Source: a virus
Strand: one strand, 5' to 3'
Length of the DNA: 64,000 nucleotides
IMG/VR virus record: IMGVR_UViG_3300042294_004068
Span: 32,001 to 96,000 of that record
Part shown: positions 1 through 10,129 of the stretch, piece by piece
Position numbering within the stretch: position 1 is the stretch's first letter
Layout: the number at the start of each line of letters is the position of its first letter
Translations under genes and position numbers: made by a program
Notes under the pieces: model-generated
Told to the model about the DNA's origin: nothing
The model's input: the letters and a program-made list of their open reading frames with translations, nothing else
The model's database searches: none

Positions 1-2
1 AA

Positions 3-710
3 TTAAAGTTTAGTTCTGATGTTGTTGTAGAACTTGTAAAGCACAGCGCTTCAGATGATGATGTTGCCTTTGCTGCTCGCGTATCTACTTTAGGTGAAAG
101 AGCTCAGTCCCAAATCGGGACTGAGGACTCTAAATTGGGCGGTCTTATTAATTTCTTGATGCGAGACCGTCATGGATCACCTTTCGAGCACTCGGTCTTT
201 ACTTTCTATGTAAAGGCTCCTATTTTTGTTTGGAGAGAGCATATGCGTCATCGCATTGCTTCCTACAACGAGGAGTCTGGGCGTTATCGAGTTTTAGAGC
301 CAGAGTTCTATATACCTAACAAAGAAAGAAAACTGCTTCAGATTGGAAAACCAGGAGCATATATCTTTGAAGATGGTACTGACGAGCAACATGCAATTGT
401 CTACAGTAACTACCGACGAGTCTGTAAAGACTCATACATGGAGTACGAAGAGATGATTCGATTGGGTATCGCACGGGAGGTTGCTAGAGGCGTTCTTCCT
501 CTTACTATCTACTCTTCTGCTTATGTGACGATTAATTCTCGAAGTCTTATGAACTTTTTATCTCTTCGTCGTAATGTTGAAGGTCAAAGTTTTCCGTCTT
601 ACCCGCAACGCGAGATTGAGATGGTTGCTGAAAAGTATGAAGAATTTTTTAAACAGCTTATGCCTTTAACTCATGATGCTTTTGTGAAGAACGGACGAGT
701 ATCCCCTTGA
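3..710 (+). CDS. thyX: FAD-dependent thymidylate synthase ThyX (5' end outside the window)
   Basis: The frame is open from position 3 (LKFSSDVVVELVKHSASDDDVAFAARVST) into the listed ORF. Motifs HGSPFEH, RE(HM)RHR-x-x-SYNEESGRY, AREVAR and NFLSLR. The N-terminus resembles Streptomyces-type ThyX. Confidence 0.96.
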   Translation, partial: LKFSSDVVVELVKHSASDDDVAFAARVSTLGERAQSQIGTEDSKLGGLINFLMRDRHGSPFEHSVFTFYVKAPIFVWREHMRHRIASYNEESGRYRVLEPEFYIPNKERKLLQIGKPGAYIFEDGTDEQHAIVYSNYRRVCKDSYMEYEEMIRLGIAREVARGVLPLTIYSSAYVTINSRSLMNFLSLRRNVEGQSFPSYPQREIEMVAEKYEEFFKQLMPLTHDAFVKNGRVSP

Positions 711-1390
711 GTGAAGGTATTGCCTATTGCTATGCACGTGTGTCTACTCAGATGCAAGCAGAAGAAGGTGTCTCTCTTGACGCACAAGAAAGACAGTTAA
801 TTGCTGCTGCTGAATCTGCTGGATACAAAGCGGTAATTCTTCGTGAAGAAGGTAAATCTGGTAAAAGTATTACTGGAAGACCTGTTTTGCGAAAAGCATT
901 AGATGAATTAGACGCAGGAAAAGCGCAAGCACTTTTTGTTACACGCTTAGACAGACTTGCACGTTCAACAAGAGACTTTTTAAGTATTGTTGACCGTTCA
1001 CATAAATACGAGTGGCGTTTAGCACTTCTTGATTTGGGATTGGACACTGGTACATATCAAGGACGTTTTGTTGTAACCATCATGTCTGCAATGGCAGAGA
1101 TGGAGCGTGGAATGATTTCTATGCGTCAAAAAGACGTACATAAAGACCGTAGAGACGCGGGGAAGATTTGGGGTGTCACAATTGGCCCTAAATCTCCTCT
1201 ATCTGCAGAGATTAAAGAAAGAATTTATAGTCAGCGTTTAGCTGGACTTTCATACGGAAAAATTGCTGAAGGTTTAGAAAATGACAAAATAGAACCACCT
1301 CGTGGAGGAAACGGGTGGTATGCAGCTAACGTGAGACACATTTTTTTGGCGTATTCAAAAGAGAAAAGCATTTTAGGCGAACTCCAATAA
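707..1390 (+). CDS. Small serine recombinase (resolvase/invertase family) with C-terminal DNA-binding region
   Basis: YARVST catalytic Ser motif, SGKS..RP.L, VTRLDRLARS, AEMER. HTH-like C-terminus (GLSYGKIAEGL). The TTG start overlaps the thyX TGA (TTGA). Confidence 0.92.
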   Translation: MSEGIAYCYARVSTQMQAEEGVSLDAQERQLIAAAESAGYKAVILREEGKSGKSITGRPVLRKALDELDAGKAQALFVTRLDRLARSTRDFLSIVDRSHKYEWRLALLDLGLDTGTYQGRFVVTIMSAMAEMERGMISMRQKDVHKDRRDAGKIWGVTIGPKSPLSAEIKERIYSQRLAGLSYGKIAEGLENDKIEPPRGGNGWYAANVRHIFLAYSKEKSILGELQ

Positions 1391-1480
1391 GGTAAAATTA
1401 CTACGTAGTTTTGTGTGGACAGCAAGCTACAACAGGCGGTTTGTTAATCGCTTGTATTGCCGTGCGTTGGAGGCAGTGCT

Positions 1481-4400
1481 TTGTTGCGTACATTTTTTGG
1501 AAGAGCCGAACTTAATCTAAAAAGATTTTGGCTATCAGCTGCTGCTACCCCTTTTATAATTTTTCTCATCGGGGTTTTAACTCCACAAGCTGCACATGCT
1601 TCTGACGAACAGGGGGTCCAACCAACACCAGACCCAAACCAAGCGCCAAGTTCAAATGCGTCGTCGGGAGGTGATCCACAAGCTTCTTCCAGTGGCTCAG
1701 CGCAAGAGCAAATCACAGAAGTGGCAACCGCAGTAGCAACAGCGGAATCTGCAGTAACACAGTTGGAAACAAAAGTTGACCAGATTTTGGAGGTAGCAAC
1801 ATCAGTATCTCAACCTTCTACGCAAGTAACGGAATCAATATCTAATGCTCAAACTGCGGTAACAGAAGCTTCAAGTGCTACCCAACAAGCCAGTGAATCA
1901 GTACAAACAGCACAAACAGCAGTTACCGTATCGCAAATTGCCAATCAAACTTTGGCCCAAGCAACCTCCACAGTTGAGGCCCAAACCGCAGCAGTAGCAA
2001 CAGCAACATCAGAGGCAACTGCTGCAGCAACAGCAGTATCTAATCAAGAAACAGTAGTCTCTCAAGCACAAGCAACTGCAACTTCAACTCAAGCAGCAGC
2101 AGATTCAGCAAACACAAGTACAACAGTTACAGAGACTTTTAATAACAACACCACCAGCGTAGTTACAGTAACTACTGGTGGAACAACAGTAACTTCTTCA
2201 ACTGGCTCCACTGGTGTTTCAATTGGCGGAAACTGGAACACCCCTCAGACGGCTGGTCCTGCTCTTACAATTATTAATCCAACTAACGATATTGTTATTG
2301 ACGTTAATCCATCTAATACTGGAACAGTTACTCAGGTTGTAATGGGTGTGTACGCTAAAAATGGCGATACTCCAATTATTACAACAAACACAGATGGAAC
2401 CATAACCACAACGGTTTTAGACAACAACGTATCTACTCAGCTACAACCAGTTCAATATACAACTACCGAGACGGTTACTGGCACAAATATTGATACTGTA
2501 ACTATTGTAAAAGATTCCGATTATTACATTATCGACAATATTAAAGTCACGAAAACAACTTCTGACCCAGCGCTTGTTGCTGCAGCTCAGCAAGCAGCAA
2601 CTACTCTTGCCACAGAACAAGCTACTTTAACAACCCTGCAAACAGCTCAAACAACAGCAAATAACAATCTAACTTCAGCTCAAGAAAGCCTTTCTACAGC
2701 TCAAACAACTCAAGAGATGGCTCAGGATTTAGCTACAGTGTCTACTGCTGGCGCTGTTTCGGCAGTCGCAACAGCTCAAGCTTCAGTAGAACCAGCGATG
2801 ACCGCCGTTGTTGAAGCAGTTGTAGTAGTTGCTCAGACTCAAGTTGTTGTTGCTGAAGCAGCAGTTGAAACCGTATCTAACACACTTCAAACAGTTGTTG
2901 CTTCAGCAGACGCTCTTCCACTACAAAAACCAGAAGTTACTGCAGTAGTTGATGCTGCTGTTGATGCAGTTGTTGGGGCACAAGAAGCGGTTGAAGCAGC
3001 AAAGACTGCTATGGAGACTGCAGTTACTTTAGCTCAAACAGCTTTAACAGAACCAGTAGCAGCAGCAGCAGTTGCAGAGAAAACAGAAGTTTTAACACAA
3101 GCTCAAGCTGCAGTTGATGCTCAAGAGGTAGTAGTAACGCAAGCCGTTACTACCGAGGCAGCTGCTCAAGCCGTTGTGGATTCTGCTACAACTCCAGGAT
3201 TAAAAGTCGAGGTTTACAACACTCAAGGGCAAAATGCTTCTCCGACTCTTCCTGCAAACGCAGTTCCAATTCACACCACTACAGATACAAATGGAATTAA
3301 TGAGCAGTGGGGTAGCGGAAACGTTGCTGGCTCAAATCGCGGTGAAGATGTCATTGTTAAATACACTGGTCAGTGGACTCCTCAAACAACTGGGACTCAG
3401 TACCTTCATGCACCAGCAGATGACGGGGTAAGGCTTTACCTTAATGGTGAGCTAGTAATTAATGATTGGTATGACAAAGGCGGAGGTGGTTCTACAGCAG
3501 ATGTAGAGACAATCGCTGGAACAAGCAAAGTTTTTGAGTTTTGGTATTACGAAAATGGTGGTGGCGCTCATGTAGCTTTAATGCGTTTCACAGATAGTGG
3601 TTGGCAGATTATTCCTGGCTCTGAGTTTAGCCAATCATCAGCCACTGCTCAGCAATTGCAGACATTGGCCTCTGCCGAAGCAAATCTTGCAGCAGAACAA
3701 ACCGAGCTTGAAGTCTTAGAGGCAGTAGAAGATGTTGCTCAACAAGATTTAGTAAGTGCTCAAGAAGATTTACAAGATGCTGAAGAAGCTACTGATGCGA
3801 TGGAGACAGCTGTAGTTCTAGCTCAGACAGCAATTACAGAGACAGTTGAAGCAATACAAGCTGTTCAAACTGCTCAAACAACTGTGGCTGAGGAAGTTAT
3901 TCTTCAGAGTCCTATAGCTGCCCCGTCAAATATTGTAGTTACACAGTTGTCAAATGGAGATGTACAAGTTTCTTGGGACCCACCAGCAGGTGTAATTTCT
4001 CCAGAACGTTATGCAATTTCTTGGTCAAATGGAAGTGGCGGATGGGGTGTAGCAACTGGTAATGCGGGAGACGCCAATGCTCTTAATACAAGCATTGTTC
4101 TTTCAGCATCTCTATTTGAGTCAACTGGTGGATTAGACACTACTTATCAAATCAGTGTTCGCTCAGATAATGATTCACTTGCTAAATACTCAGATGTAGT
4201 TGCAACTCAAATGTTTATTTCCGATCCCACCCCGGCTCCAGAACCTCAACCAACTCCTCAGCCTGAACCAACTCCGAATCCTGAGCCTCAACCAGAGCCG
4301 CAGCCTGAACCCACGCAGCCAGAACCAGAGCCAGAACCGCAGCCAGACCCACAGCCAGAACCAGAGCCAGAACCCACCACACCTGAGCCAGAACCTGAAA

Positions 4401-5158
4401 CACCTGAACCTCCTATTGAACCTGAACCTGAGACTCCTGTAGAGCCTGAACCTGAGACTCCTGTAGAGCCTGAACCTGAGCCTGAGACGCCAGTAGATCC
4501 TGAACCAGAATCACCAGAACAACCAACAGACCCAGAAACTGAACCAGAATCGCCAGAGCAACCAACCGAACCCACCACACCTGAACCAACTCCTACCGAG
4601 CCTGAAGAAAAAGCTCCAGAAGCAATTATAGAAGATGCATTGGCTGATGGTGTTCTAACTGCTGAAGAAAAAGAAGCAGTAGTTGAAGCAATTTTGGAAG
4701 ATCTAGCTCCAGGAGAAGCTGTGACTTCAGAACAACTTGCTGAAGCTGGTATCAGTTACGAGGACTTACCGCCAGAAACTCCTGTTGAAACCAGAACTGA
4801 CGAGAACGGCAATCCTGTCATAATTACTGCTGAGGTTGCTGCCGCTTTAGTTTTGTTGGAGAACCCAGCAGAACTTTTGACTGAGATTTTTTCTGACCCA
4901 GGACAAGTGCTTTTAGCACTTGGAAGCATTGGTGCTGATATGTCAGAAGAAGAACGAGAAGAAGCGGAACAGATGATTGTTGCAACCGTTGTTGCTGCTG
5001 GAGCTGCAATACAAGCAGCCGCTGCCGCTGCAGGAACTGCTGGGTCTTCCAGTGGTGGAAGTGGTGGAAGCGGCGGAAGCGGCGGCGGAGGAGCAACTGG
5101 AAAAATGGATGGAACTAGAAGAAGAACTACTAGTGGAAAAGTTAGGAAGGTGAAATAA
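1481..5158 (+). CDS. Large secreted/membrane-anchored protein: signal peptide, Ala/Thr/Gln-rich stalk, PA14 domain, FN3-like domain, Pro-Glu linker, C-terminal hydrophobic segment
   Basis: Likely start is TTG 1481 after GGAGG at 1469-1473. Hydrophobic leader ends ..PQAAHA|SD. PA14 motifs [43 protein letters not shown]3-like [23 protein letters not shown]. Ends [20 protein letters not shown] plus a basic tail. Confidence 0.8.
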   Translation: MLRTFFGRAELNLKRFWLSAAATPFIIFLIGVLTPQAAHASDEQGVQPTPDPNQAPSSNASSGGDPQASSSGSAQEQITEVATAVATAESAVTQLETKVDQILEVATSVSQPSTQVTESISNAQTAVTEASSATQQASESVQTAQTAVTVSQIANQTLAQATSTVEAQTAAVATATSEATAAATAVSNQETVVSQAQATATSTQAAADSANTSTTVTETFNNNTTSVVTVTTGGTTVTSSTGSTGVSIGGNWNTPQTAGPALTIINPTNDIVIDVNPSNTGTVTQVVMGVYAKNGDTPIITTNTDGTITTTVLDNNVSTQLQPVQYTTTETVTGTNIDTVTIVKDSDYYIIDNIKVTKTTSDPALVAAAQQAATTLATEQATLTTLQTAQTTANNNLTSAQESLSTAQTTQEMAQDLATVSTAGAVSAVATAQASVEPAMTAVVEAVVVVAQTQVVVAEAAVETVSNTLQTVVASADALPLQKPEVTAVVDAAVDAVVGAQEAVEAAKTAMETAVTLAQTALTEPVAAAAVAEKTEVLTQAQAAVDAQEVVVTQAVTTEAAAQAVVDSATTPGLKVEVYNTQGQNASPTLPANAVPIHTTTDTNGINEQWGSGNVAGSNRGEDVIVKYTGQWTPQTTGTQYLHAPADDGVRLYLNGELVINDWYDKGGGGSTADVETIAGTSKVFEFWYYENGGGAHVALMRFTDSGWQIIPGSEFSQSSATAQQLQTLASAEANLAAEQTELEVLEAVEDVAQQDLVSAQEDLQDAEEATDAMETAVVLAQTAITETVEAIQAVQTAQTTVAEEVILQSPIAAPSNIVVTQLSNGDVQVSWDPPAGVISPERYAISWSNGSGGWGVATGNAGDANALNTSIVLSASLFESTGGLDTTYQISVRSDNDSLAKYSDVVATQMFISDPTPAPEPQPTPQPEPTPNPEPQPEPQPEPTQPEPEPEPQPDPQPEPEPEPTTPEPEPETPEPPIEPEPETPVEPEPETPVEPEPEPETPVDPEPESPEQPTDPETEPESPEQPTEPTTPEPTPTEPEEKAPEAIIEDALADGVLTAEEKEAVVEAILEDLAPGEAVTSEQLAEAGISYEDLPPETPVETRTDENGNPVIITAEVAAALVLLENPAELLTEIFSDPGQVLLALGSIGADMSEEEREEAEQMIVATVVAAGAAIQAAAAAAGTAGSSSGGSGGSGGSGGGGATGKMDGTRRRTTSGKVRKVK
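4228..4605 (+). repeat. Pro-Glu/Pro-Gln low-complexity coding repeat ([15 protein letters not shown] units)
   Basis: Tandem imperfect units, e.g. cctgaacctgagactcctgtagag twice in succession at about 4421-4468. Confidence 0.9.
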
Positions 5159-5341
5159 ATGAAAAACTTCTTGAGAGATGTGTTAGACCAACTGTGGACA
5201 CTTCTAGGTATGTTTGTTGCTTGGATTGTTCTAGACGGCTCAGCTAAGACCGTGGTTGGCTATGCCATTATCTGGGCGACAGTTGTATGGGTTATTACAT
5301 ACAGACTGAGAAACCCAAAAGAAGAAGAGGATGAAGAGTAA
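5159..5341 (+). CDS. Small two-transmembrane protein
   Basis: Two hydrophobic segments and an acidic tail. The ATG directly abuts the stop of the PA14 gene. Confidence 0.75.
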   Translation: MKNFLRDVLDQLWTLLGMFVAWIVLDGSAKTVVGYAIIWATVVWVITYRLRNPKEEEDEE

Positions 5342-5342
5342 A

Positions 5343-5375
5343 AGTCAGGAAGGTTAAACTGATGTCTTCCTGACT
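5343..5375 (+). terminator. Stem-loop after the PA14/2-TM gene pair
   Basis: Perfect 10-bp inverted repeat AGTCAGGAAG-N13-CTTCCTGACT just after the stop. No strong U-tract. Confidence 0.5.
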
Positions 5376-5382
5376 CAAATGG

Positions 5383-5411
5383 TTGATTTAAAGCTCTATC
5401 TATGATAGATT
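5383..5411 (+). promoter_or_regulatory. SigA-type promoter upstream of the HTH/terminase genes
   Basis: TTGATT(5383)-17 nt-TAGATT(5406), with an extended -10 TG at 5403. Confidence 0.6.
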
Positions 5412-5456
5412 TACACAGGACGCGTTGGATACAATGACACAGATGGAGATATAAAG

Positions 5457-5915
5457 ATGAGCAATGAGCTTGTAGAACAGTATGCCCAGCTTATTCAACC
5501 GCACCTCGAAGATGCGAAGAAGGCGTATGGAGCAAGAACTCAAAACAGTCCAGCGCATAATGCAAGTCGTGAGTACACACGACTGTTAATTGAATTTCGT
5601 AATAAAGGTGGAAGTCTTCCACTTCTAGCAAAGCGACTTAAAGTGGCATATGCAGGAGTTCGCCGTCGCGTTGTTATGAATGAGATAAATGTTTCTAATA
5701 TTAAACCTCAAACTAAAATTCGAGGAGAAGCAGTCAAAGAGGCTGCCGACCGAGTACGAATTGCTAAAAAGCGCGGCACAGACCAGTATCACGACCAACT
5801 TGCCGAAGAATATAAGTCAGGAATTTCTCTTTCTAATTTAGCAAAAGAGTTAGGTCTTAGCTCTGCTGCACCGCTGTACTATGGAGTTCAGAGAAGTCTT
5901 CAAAGAAATAGATAG
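5457..5915 (+). CDS. Tandem HTH DNA-binding protein (candidate terminase small subunit)
   Basis: Two similar HTH-like segments (GGSLPLLAKRLKVAYAGVRR; GISLSNLAKELGLSSAAPLY). Lies 8 nt upstream of terL. The TerS role is inferred from position only. Confidence 0.55.
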   Translation: MSNELVEQYAQLIQPHLEDAKKAYGARTQNSPAHNASREYTRLLIEFRNKGGSLPLLAKRLKVAYAGVRRRVVMNEINVSNIKPQTKIRGEAVKEAADRVRIAKKRGTDQYHDQLAEEYKSGISLSNLAKELGLSSAAPLYYGVQRSLQRNR

Positions 5916-5923
5916 GTGTCGAT

Positions 5924-7345
5924 ATGGGAAAGAGCTTCATGGAGCAGCTCGCCATGCTATCGCAAGAAGAGCAAGCTGCGGTTCTTTCCAGTATTGACCC
6001 AGAATTACTTCAATGGGATTGGCGTTCTTGGGGTAGACCAGAACAACTTCCTCCAGAAGGTGATGATTGGAATATTTGGCTTGTACTTGCAGGTCGTGGT
6101 TTTGGTAAAACAAGACTTGCAGCCGAATGGGTAAGAGAGCAAGCTAAATACACCACAGAGGGTCAAAGACGTTTTGCATTGGTGGCTCGTACTGCAGCCG
6201 ATGTTCGTGACGTTATTGTTGAAGGTGAATCAGGAATTATCAATGTTTCTCCACCATCAGAGCGTCCACATTACGAGCCATCAAAACGTCGCTTAACTTG
6301 GCCTAACGGAAACACTGCCACACTTTTTACTGCTGACGAACCAGACTCACTTCGTGGTCCACAATTCACTCACGCATGGGGCGATGAGATTGCAGCTTGG
6401 CGTCAAACTCCAGATGCTGCAGGTATGACTGCATTTGACAACCTTCGAGTCGGTACTCGTCTTGGTGCAAAACCAAAAATTGTTTGCACAACTACTCCTA
6501 AGAGAGTCCCACTTCTCTACAAATTGATTGAAGAATCAACTAATTCAAAGAGTCTTTCAAAAGTTATTGTGACCAGAGGCTCCACAATGGACAACGCTGG
6601 AAACTTGTCTGGAACATATCTAGACACAATTATGGGTGTTTATGAAGGAACATCACTTGCTCGTCAAGAGCTTTACGGTGAAATGCTTGATGATGTTGAA
6701 GGCACACTGTGGACAATGGAGATGATAGAAAGTTCTAGACAAGGACTTCTTCCTCCTCAGGCTCCACTTCGTTGTATTGGTGTTGACCCTTCTGTTGCAG
6801 AAAACCCTCGAGATGAGTGTGGAATTGTTGTTTGCGCTTCAACTGCTGATAGAGATTTATATAAACGTCACGCTTGGGTTTTAGAAGATGCATCAGTTCT
6901 TGGCTCACCAGAAGTGTGGGCAAATAAAGTTGTTGAGATGGCTAGACGTTGGGGTGCACCAGTAATTGCTGAAGTAAACCAAGGTGGAGCACTAGTTCGC
7001 AATGCTATTAATGCAATTGACCCAAATGTTAAAGTTTTGGAAGTGCACTCAAAACATGGTAAAGCGCTTCGCGCCGAACCTGTTGTTCTTGCTTACGAAC
7101 AGAATCGCGTTCATCATATTGGATATCTTCCAGACCTTGAGTCTCAGATGACAACTTGGGTTCCAGGAGAGTCCAAAAAATCTCCAGACCGTGTGGATGC
7201 TCTAGTTCACGCAATGACGGCCCTCCTAATCAAACCTCCGCAAGGGTTTGTTGGTGGCAATCTTGTAGCCAAATCTTTTTCCTCACGACGCTTGCCTAAT
7301 TTTAGAGCAGGTGGCGGAGGTCGAGTTTTTACTCCTAGAAGTTAA
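5924..7345 (+). CDS. terL: Terminase large subunit
   Basis: Walker A AGRGFGKT, LRGPQF, Walker B WGDEIAAW, TTTP coupling motif, RQELYGE, nuclease IGVDPS and SPDRVDA. Confidence 0.95.
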   Translation: MGKSFMEQLAMLSQEEQAAVLSSIDPELLQWDWRSWGRPEQLPPEGDDWNIWLVLAGRGFGKTRLAAEWVREQAKYTTEGQRRFALVARTAADVRDVIVEGESGIINVSPPSERPHYEPSKRRLTWPNGNTATLFTADEPDSLRGPQFTHAWGDEIAAWRQTPDAAGMTAFDNLRVGTRLGAKPKIVCTTTPKRVPLLYKLIEESTNSKSLSKVIVTRGSTMDNAGNLSGTYLDTIMGVYEGTSLARQELYGEMLDDVEGTLWTMEMIESSRQGLLPPQAPLRCIGVDPSVAENPRDECGIVVCASTADRDLYKRHAWVLEDASVLGSPEVWANKVVEMARRWGAPVIAEVNQGGALVRNAINAIDPNVKVLEVHSKHGKALRAEPVVLAYEQNRVHHIGYLPDLESQMTTWVPGESKKSPDRVDALVHAMTALLIKPPQGFVGGNLVAKSFSSRRLPNFRAGGGGRVFTPRS

Positions 7346-9963
7346 AAAGCTCTATTGAAGTTATTTAAAGTGCTCCAATCAAGCTCAGCACTTTGAACAA
7401 CTCTTGGAACTAGGGTTCTTCCTCTAATAACTGCTCTAGAGCCTGTTCCTTCGATTGTTACTCCTCTTTCAGTCATTTTCTTTTGTAGAGAACCTTGACT
7501 TAGAGGACGTTCTCCGCGTTCTTCGCTCCATTGACGGTAGACGCCATAAACAATTTTTAGAGCAACGCTAGCTGAAGGATTTTCATTAGTCTCTTCTGAC
7601 AAGAAGATACCGATGCGGTCTTCATTCTTACGATACATCTCAGCAGCTTCAGCTACTTGAGTGCACCAACCCAATGCATCACGAGATGACGAACCTAGAA
7701 TTTTTATCGCACCATCAACAGCCCATGACAAAACTGCTGGCAGTGCTCCTTCTGGGTCGAATATGTATGCCTTCAAATTAGGATCAGGGTTTTCAGGCAC
7801 TCGTGTCATTGGCATCGGACGGATACGACGCCACATGGCATCATCCGTGATGATTGGGCGGTGGTTTGTCGTAACCCAGAGTTTGGCTCTAGATTCGAAC
7901 GTGAATGGCTGTTCTCCTGGAGAACGAGCAGAGATTACAGATGAACCAGTCAACTTCTTAACTTGATTTTCTTTAATTCTTTCATTGTCTGGCAATTCGT
8001 CTACCCAAACTAGGCGACGTCCACGCAACTGAGCCCAGTGGTAAGCATCAGTATTACCACTGCTCATATCGTTTGCAGCAAGAATGTGAGAGTCAAGAGG
8101 CCACGCATATTGCTCAGTGCCAAGACATTTCACAATTGCTTCAACAAGAGTGTTTTTACCAGAACCTGCTGGTCCATAGACAAGAAACATAATGTCGTAG
8201 ATGTTTGAACCAGTTATTGAATACCCAGCAGCTTTTTGAAGCCAGTCTTGATATTCCTTATCGCCACCAGTTGCAAAATCTAAGAACTGCTGCCAACGAA
8301 CATTGGTGTGTCCTCGAGTATATGTAACTGGAGCACGTCGAGTGATGTGTAAGTCTGGTCGTCCTTTAAGAAGTTCACCAGTTTTTAAATCAATAACTCC
8401 GTTGAGAACACCTAAGAGATTTTCATCGTTGTCCCAGCGACTAACAGGGATTTCAATTCTTGGGTCGGACTTTGCAGACTCAATTGCGCCCTTCATTCTT
8501 GCATTTGAGCGAGATTGATGTGCCCATTGAATAACTGAAGCTTGTTGAGAATCTGGATACTGAATTACTTCAGCAGAAATAATTGGTGGAACTCTTTTAG
8601 CTAGTTCTTGAACTTCCAACGACTCTTTGTCTGGCTTCCAGTAGCCTTCTTTCCAAACAAACCAACCCAAACCGCTCGTATAACGAATGCCAGCGCCAAA
8701 TACGTCAACAAGGCGACGACCGTTACCTGTGTCAGAAAGCGAACGTTTGCTTTCATTTCCTCCGTCTTCGATTCGTAGAGCATCTGGGTCCTTTGGAACA
8801 TTGATATTTGTTAATGATGTGGCTTGTTCAATGGAATCTCCATCTTCAATACCAGCCATAACTGTACTTGAAATTGGACCAGTGCCCATTGGAAAAAATG
8901 TAGGTTCTTTTGGAGGTTGGACAACACCAATTAGCGGTTGAACAACACCAGTCAGCGGTTGTAGCTCATTTTGTGGCTGAGATAGGCGCTCTGCTTGTTG
9001 TTTTTGCCATTCAGCTGTCTCTGGAGAAATGAATCCAATCTTTGGATTTGATGCTACAAAGTCAATAGCACGGTGAACGTGGTGCAAGAGTCCATTAGTA
9101 CCGTCTATGTGAAGAGGTGGTCGAATTTTTGTAGCGTTGAATCGAATCATGTCTGACTCAATCATTCGTCTAGCGTCTTTGCTAGTTCCAAATTTATTTG
9201 CAAGAGCGCATGTCAATTTATAAACATCAACAGCACGGGCACCCTCATCAATACCTTTTTCAAGAATTCCAGAGATATCAACTTTTTCGTATTCGAGGTC
9301 GTCCCAATCTCCAGACTCTAAAGTAAAGCTGGTTCTCTTAGATCTCTTACGTAAAGCAGCAAGTAGTTGTTCTGGTGCTTCAGCAATTTCAATTTCCCAA
9401 GGTGCTTTTCCAGGAACCCACTCATAGTTAACTCCAGAGAAGTGTTTACTTGGTGCAATCAGAACATAACCGTTGTGCTTAATATCAATTCCATTAAGAC
9501 CCATCTTGGAAAGATTTCCAATAAGTCCTTCTGAATCATCGCAACGATAAAAAATGTGACGACCACGAGTAGCAACACCTCGGTCGTTTGTATAGACACC
9601 AGTTATCGCTTCTACTGTTGGTGGTAGTGCGCCTTCAACTAGTTCTTCAAATTTAATAAAAGAGTCAGGACCACCAGAACGTGGGTCAATATCGATTACA
9701 AAAAATCCACTCTTAGAACAGTGAACTCCAACGTTGTAGTTTGAATTTTCAGTCCACCATTGTTCAACTCGTGCAGGGTCGTGTGTGGACATAACATTCC
9801 ACTCATTAAGAGCTGGGTGTTTTCCTACCTCTTTAGGTTCACCATGAGGCTTATTGCACGTACAACGCCCATTAACAATTCCGTGGCAGGGAAGAATGCT
9901 CCAGTCAATACTTGAATAGAACCTTGCGCCTTTGACAAGGCGTTCGGAGGACTCGTCGCTCAT
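7342..9963 (-). CDS. Primase-helicase: N-terminal bifunctional prim-pol domain plus D5-like SF3 helicase
   Basis: CTC..GKHP, NVGV..FFVIDIDPRSGG, GRHIFY, GIDIK..GYVLIAPSKH (prim-pol). SDTGNGRRL (D5_N). Walker A GPAGSGKNT, LVWVDE, TNHRP, DDAMWRR. Confidence 0.93.
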   Translation of the reverse strand: MSDESSERLVKGARFYSSIDWSILPCHGIVNGRCTCNKPHGEPKEVGKHPALNEWNVMSTHDPARVEQWWTENSNYNVGVHCSKSGFFVIDIDPRSGGPDSFIKFEELVEGALPPTVEAITGVYTNDRGVATRGRHIFYRCDDSEGLIGNLSKMGLNGIDIKHNGYVLIAPSKHFSGVNYEWVPGKAPWEIEIAEAPEQLLAALRKRSKRTSFTLESGDWDDLEYEKVDISGILEKGIDEGARAVDVYKLTCALANKFGTSKDARRMIESDMIRFNATKIRPPLHIDGTNGLLHHVHRAIDFVASNPKIGFISPETAEWQKQQAERLSQPQNELQPLTGVVQPLIGVVQPPKEPTFFPMGTGPISSTVMAGIEDGDSIEQATSLTNINVPKDPDALRIEDGGNESKRSLSDTGNGRRLVDVFGAGIRYTSGLGWFVWKEGYWKPDKESLEVQELAKRVPPIISAEVIQYPDSQQASVIQWAHQSRSNARMKGAIESAKSDPRIEIPVSRWDNDENLLGVLNGVIDLKTGELLKGRPDLHITRRAPVTYTRGHTNVRWQQFLDFATGGDKEYQDWLQKAAGYSITGSNIYDIMFLVYGPAGSGKNTLVEAIVKCLGTEQYAWPLDSHILAANDMSSGNTDAYHWAQLRGRRLVWVDELPDNERIKENQVKKLTGSSVISARSPGEQPFTFESRAKLWVTTNHRPIITDDAMWRRIRPMPMTRVPENPDPNLKAYIFDPEGALPAVLSWAVDGAIKILGSSSRDALGWCTQVAEAAEMYRKNEDRIGIFLSEETNENPSASVALKIVYGVYRQWSEERGERPLSQGSLQKKMTERGVTIEGTGSRAVIRGRTLVPRVVQSAELDWSTLNNFNRAF

Positions 9964-9987
9964 ATAACCTCCGTCGTCATGAATCCA

Positions 9988-10016
9988 AAGTTACCTGACT
10001 CTACAATATGAGTCAA
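9988..10016 (-). promoter_or_regulatory. SigA-type promoter of the primase gene, overlapped by a palindromic operator
   Basis: Minus strand TTGACT-17 nt-TAACTT. Inverted repeat TGACTC-N8-GAGTCA at 9996-10015. GGAGG RBS before the ATG at 9963. Confidence 0.7.
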
Positions 10017-10129
10017 GAGTTTTTTTAGTGTGTAGCAAATATACCCTGCAAGAGGCCAAATAAAAGTAGCCAACTAACTTTTACTATAAACTATATCCAT
10101 AGTCCTATAGTCTGGAAGTCGGTACCTAA

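Noticed and set aside
707-1390. IS607 transposase or prophage integrase
   Set aside because: No N-terminal HTH, no adjacent TnpB, and too short for a large serine integrase. No att site or host junction is visible.
4200-4578. Gly/Ser-rich and Gln/Asn-rich ORFs over the PE linker
   Set aside because: Shadows of the Pro-Glu repeat in the PA14 gene.
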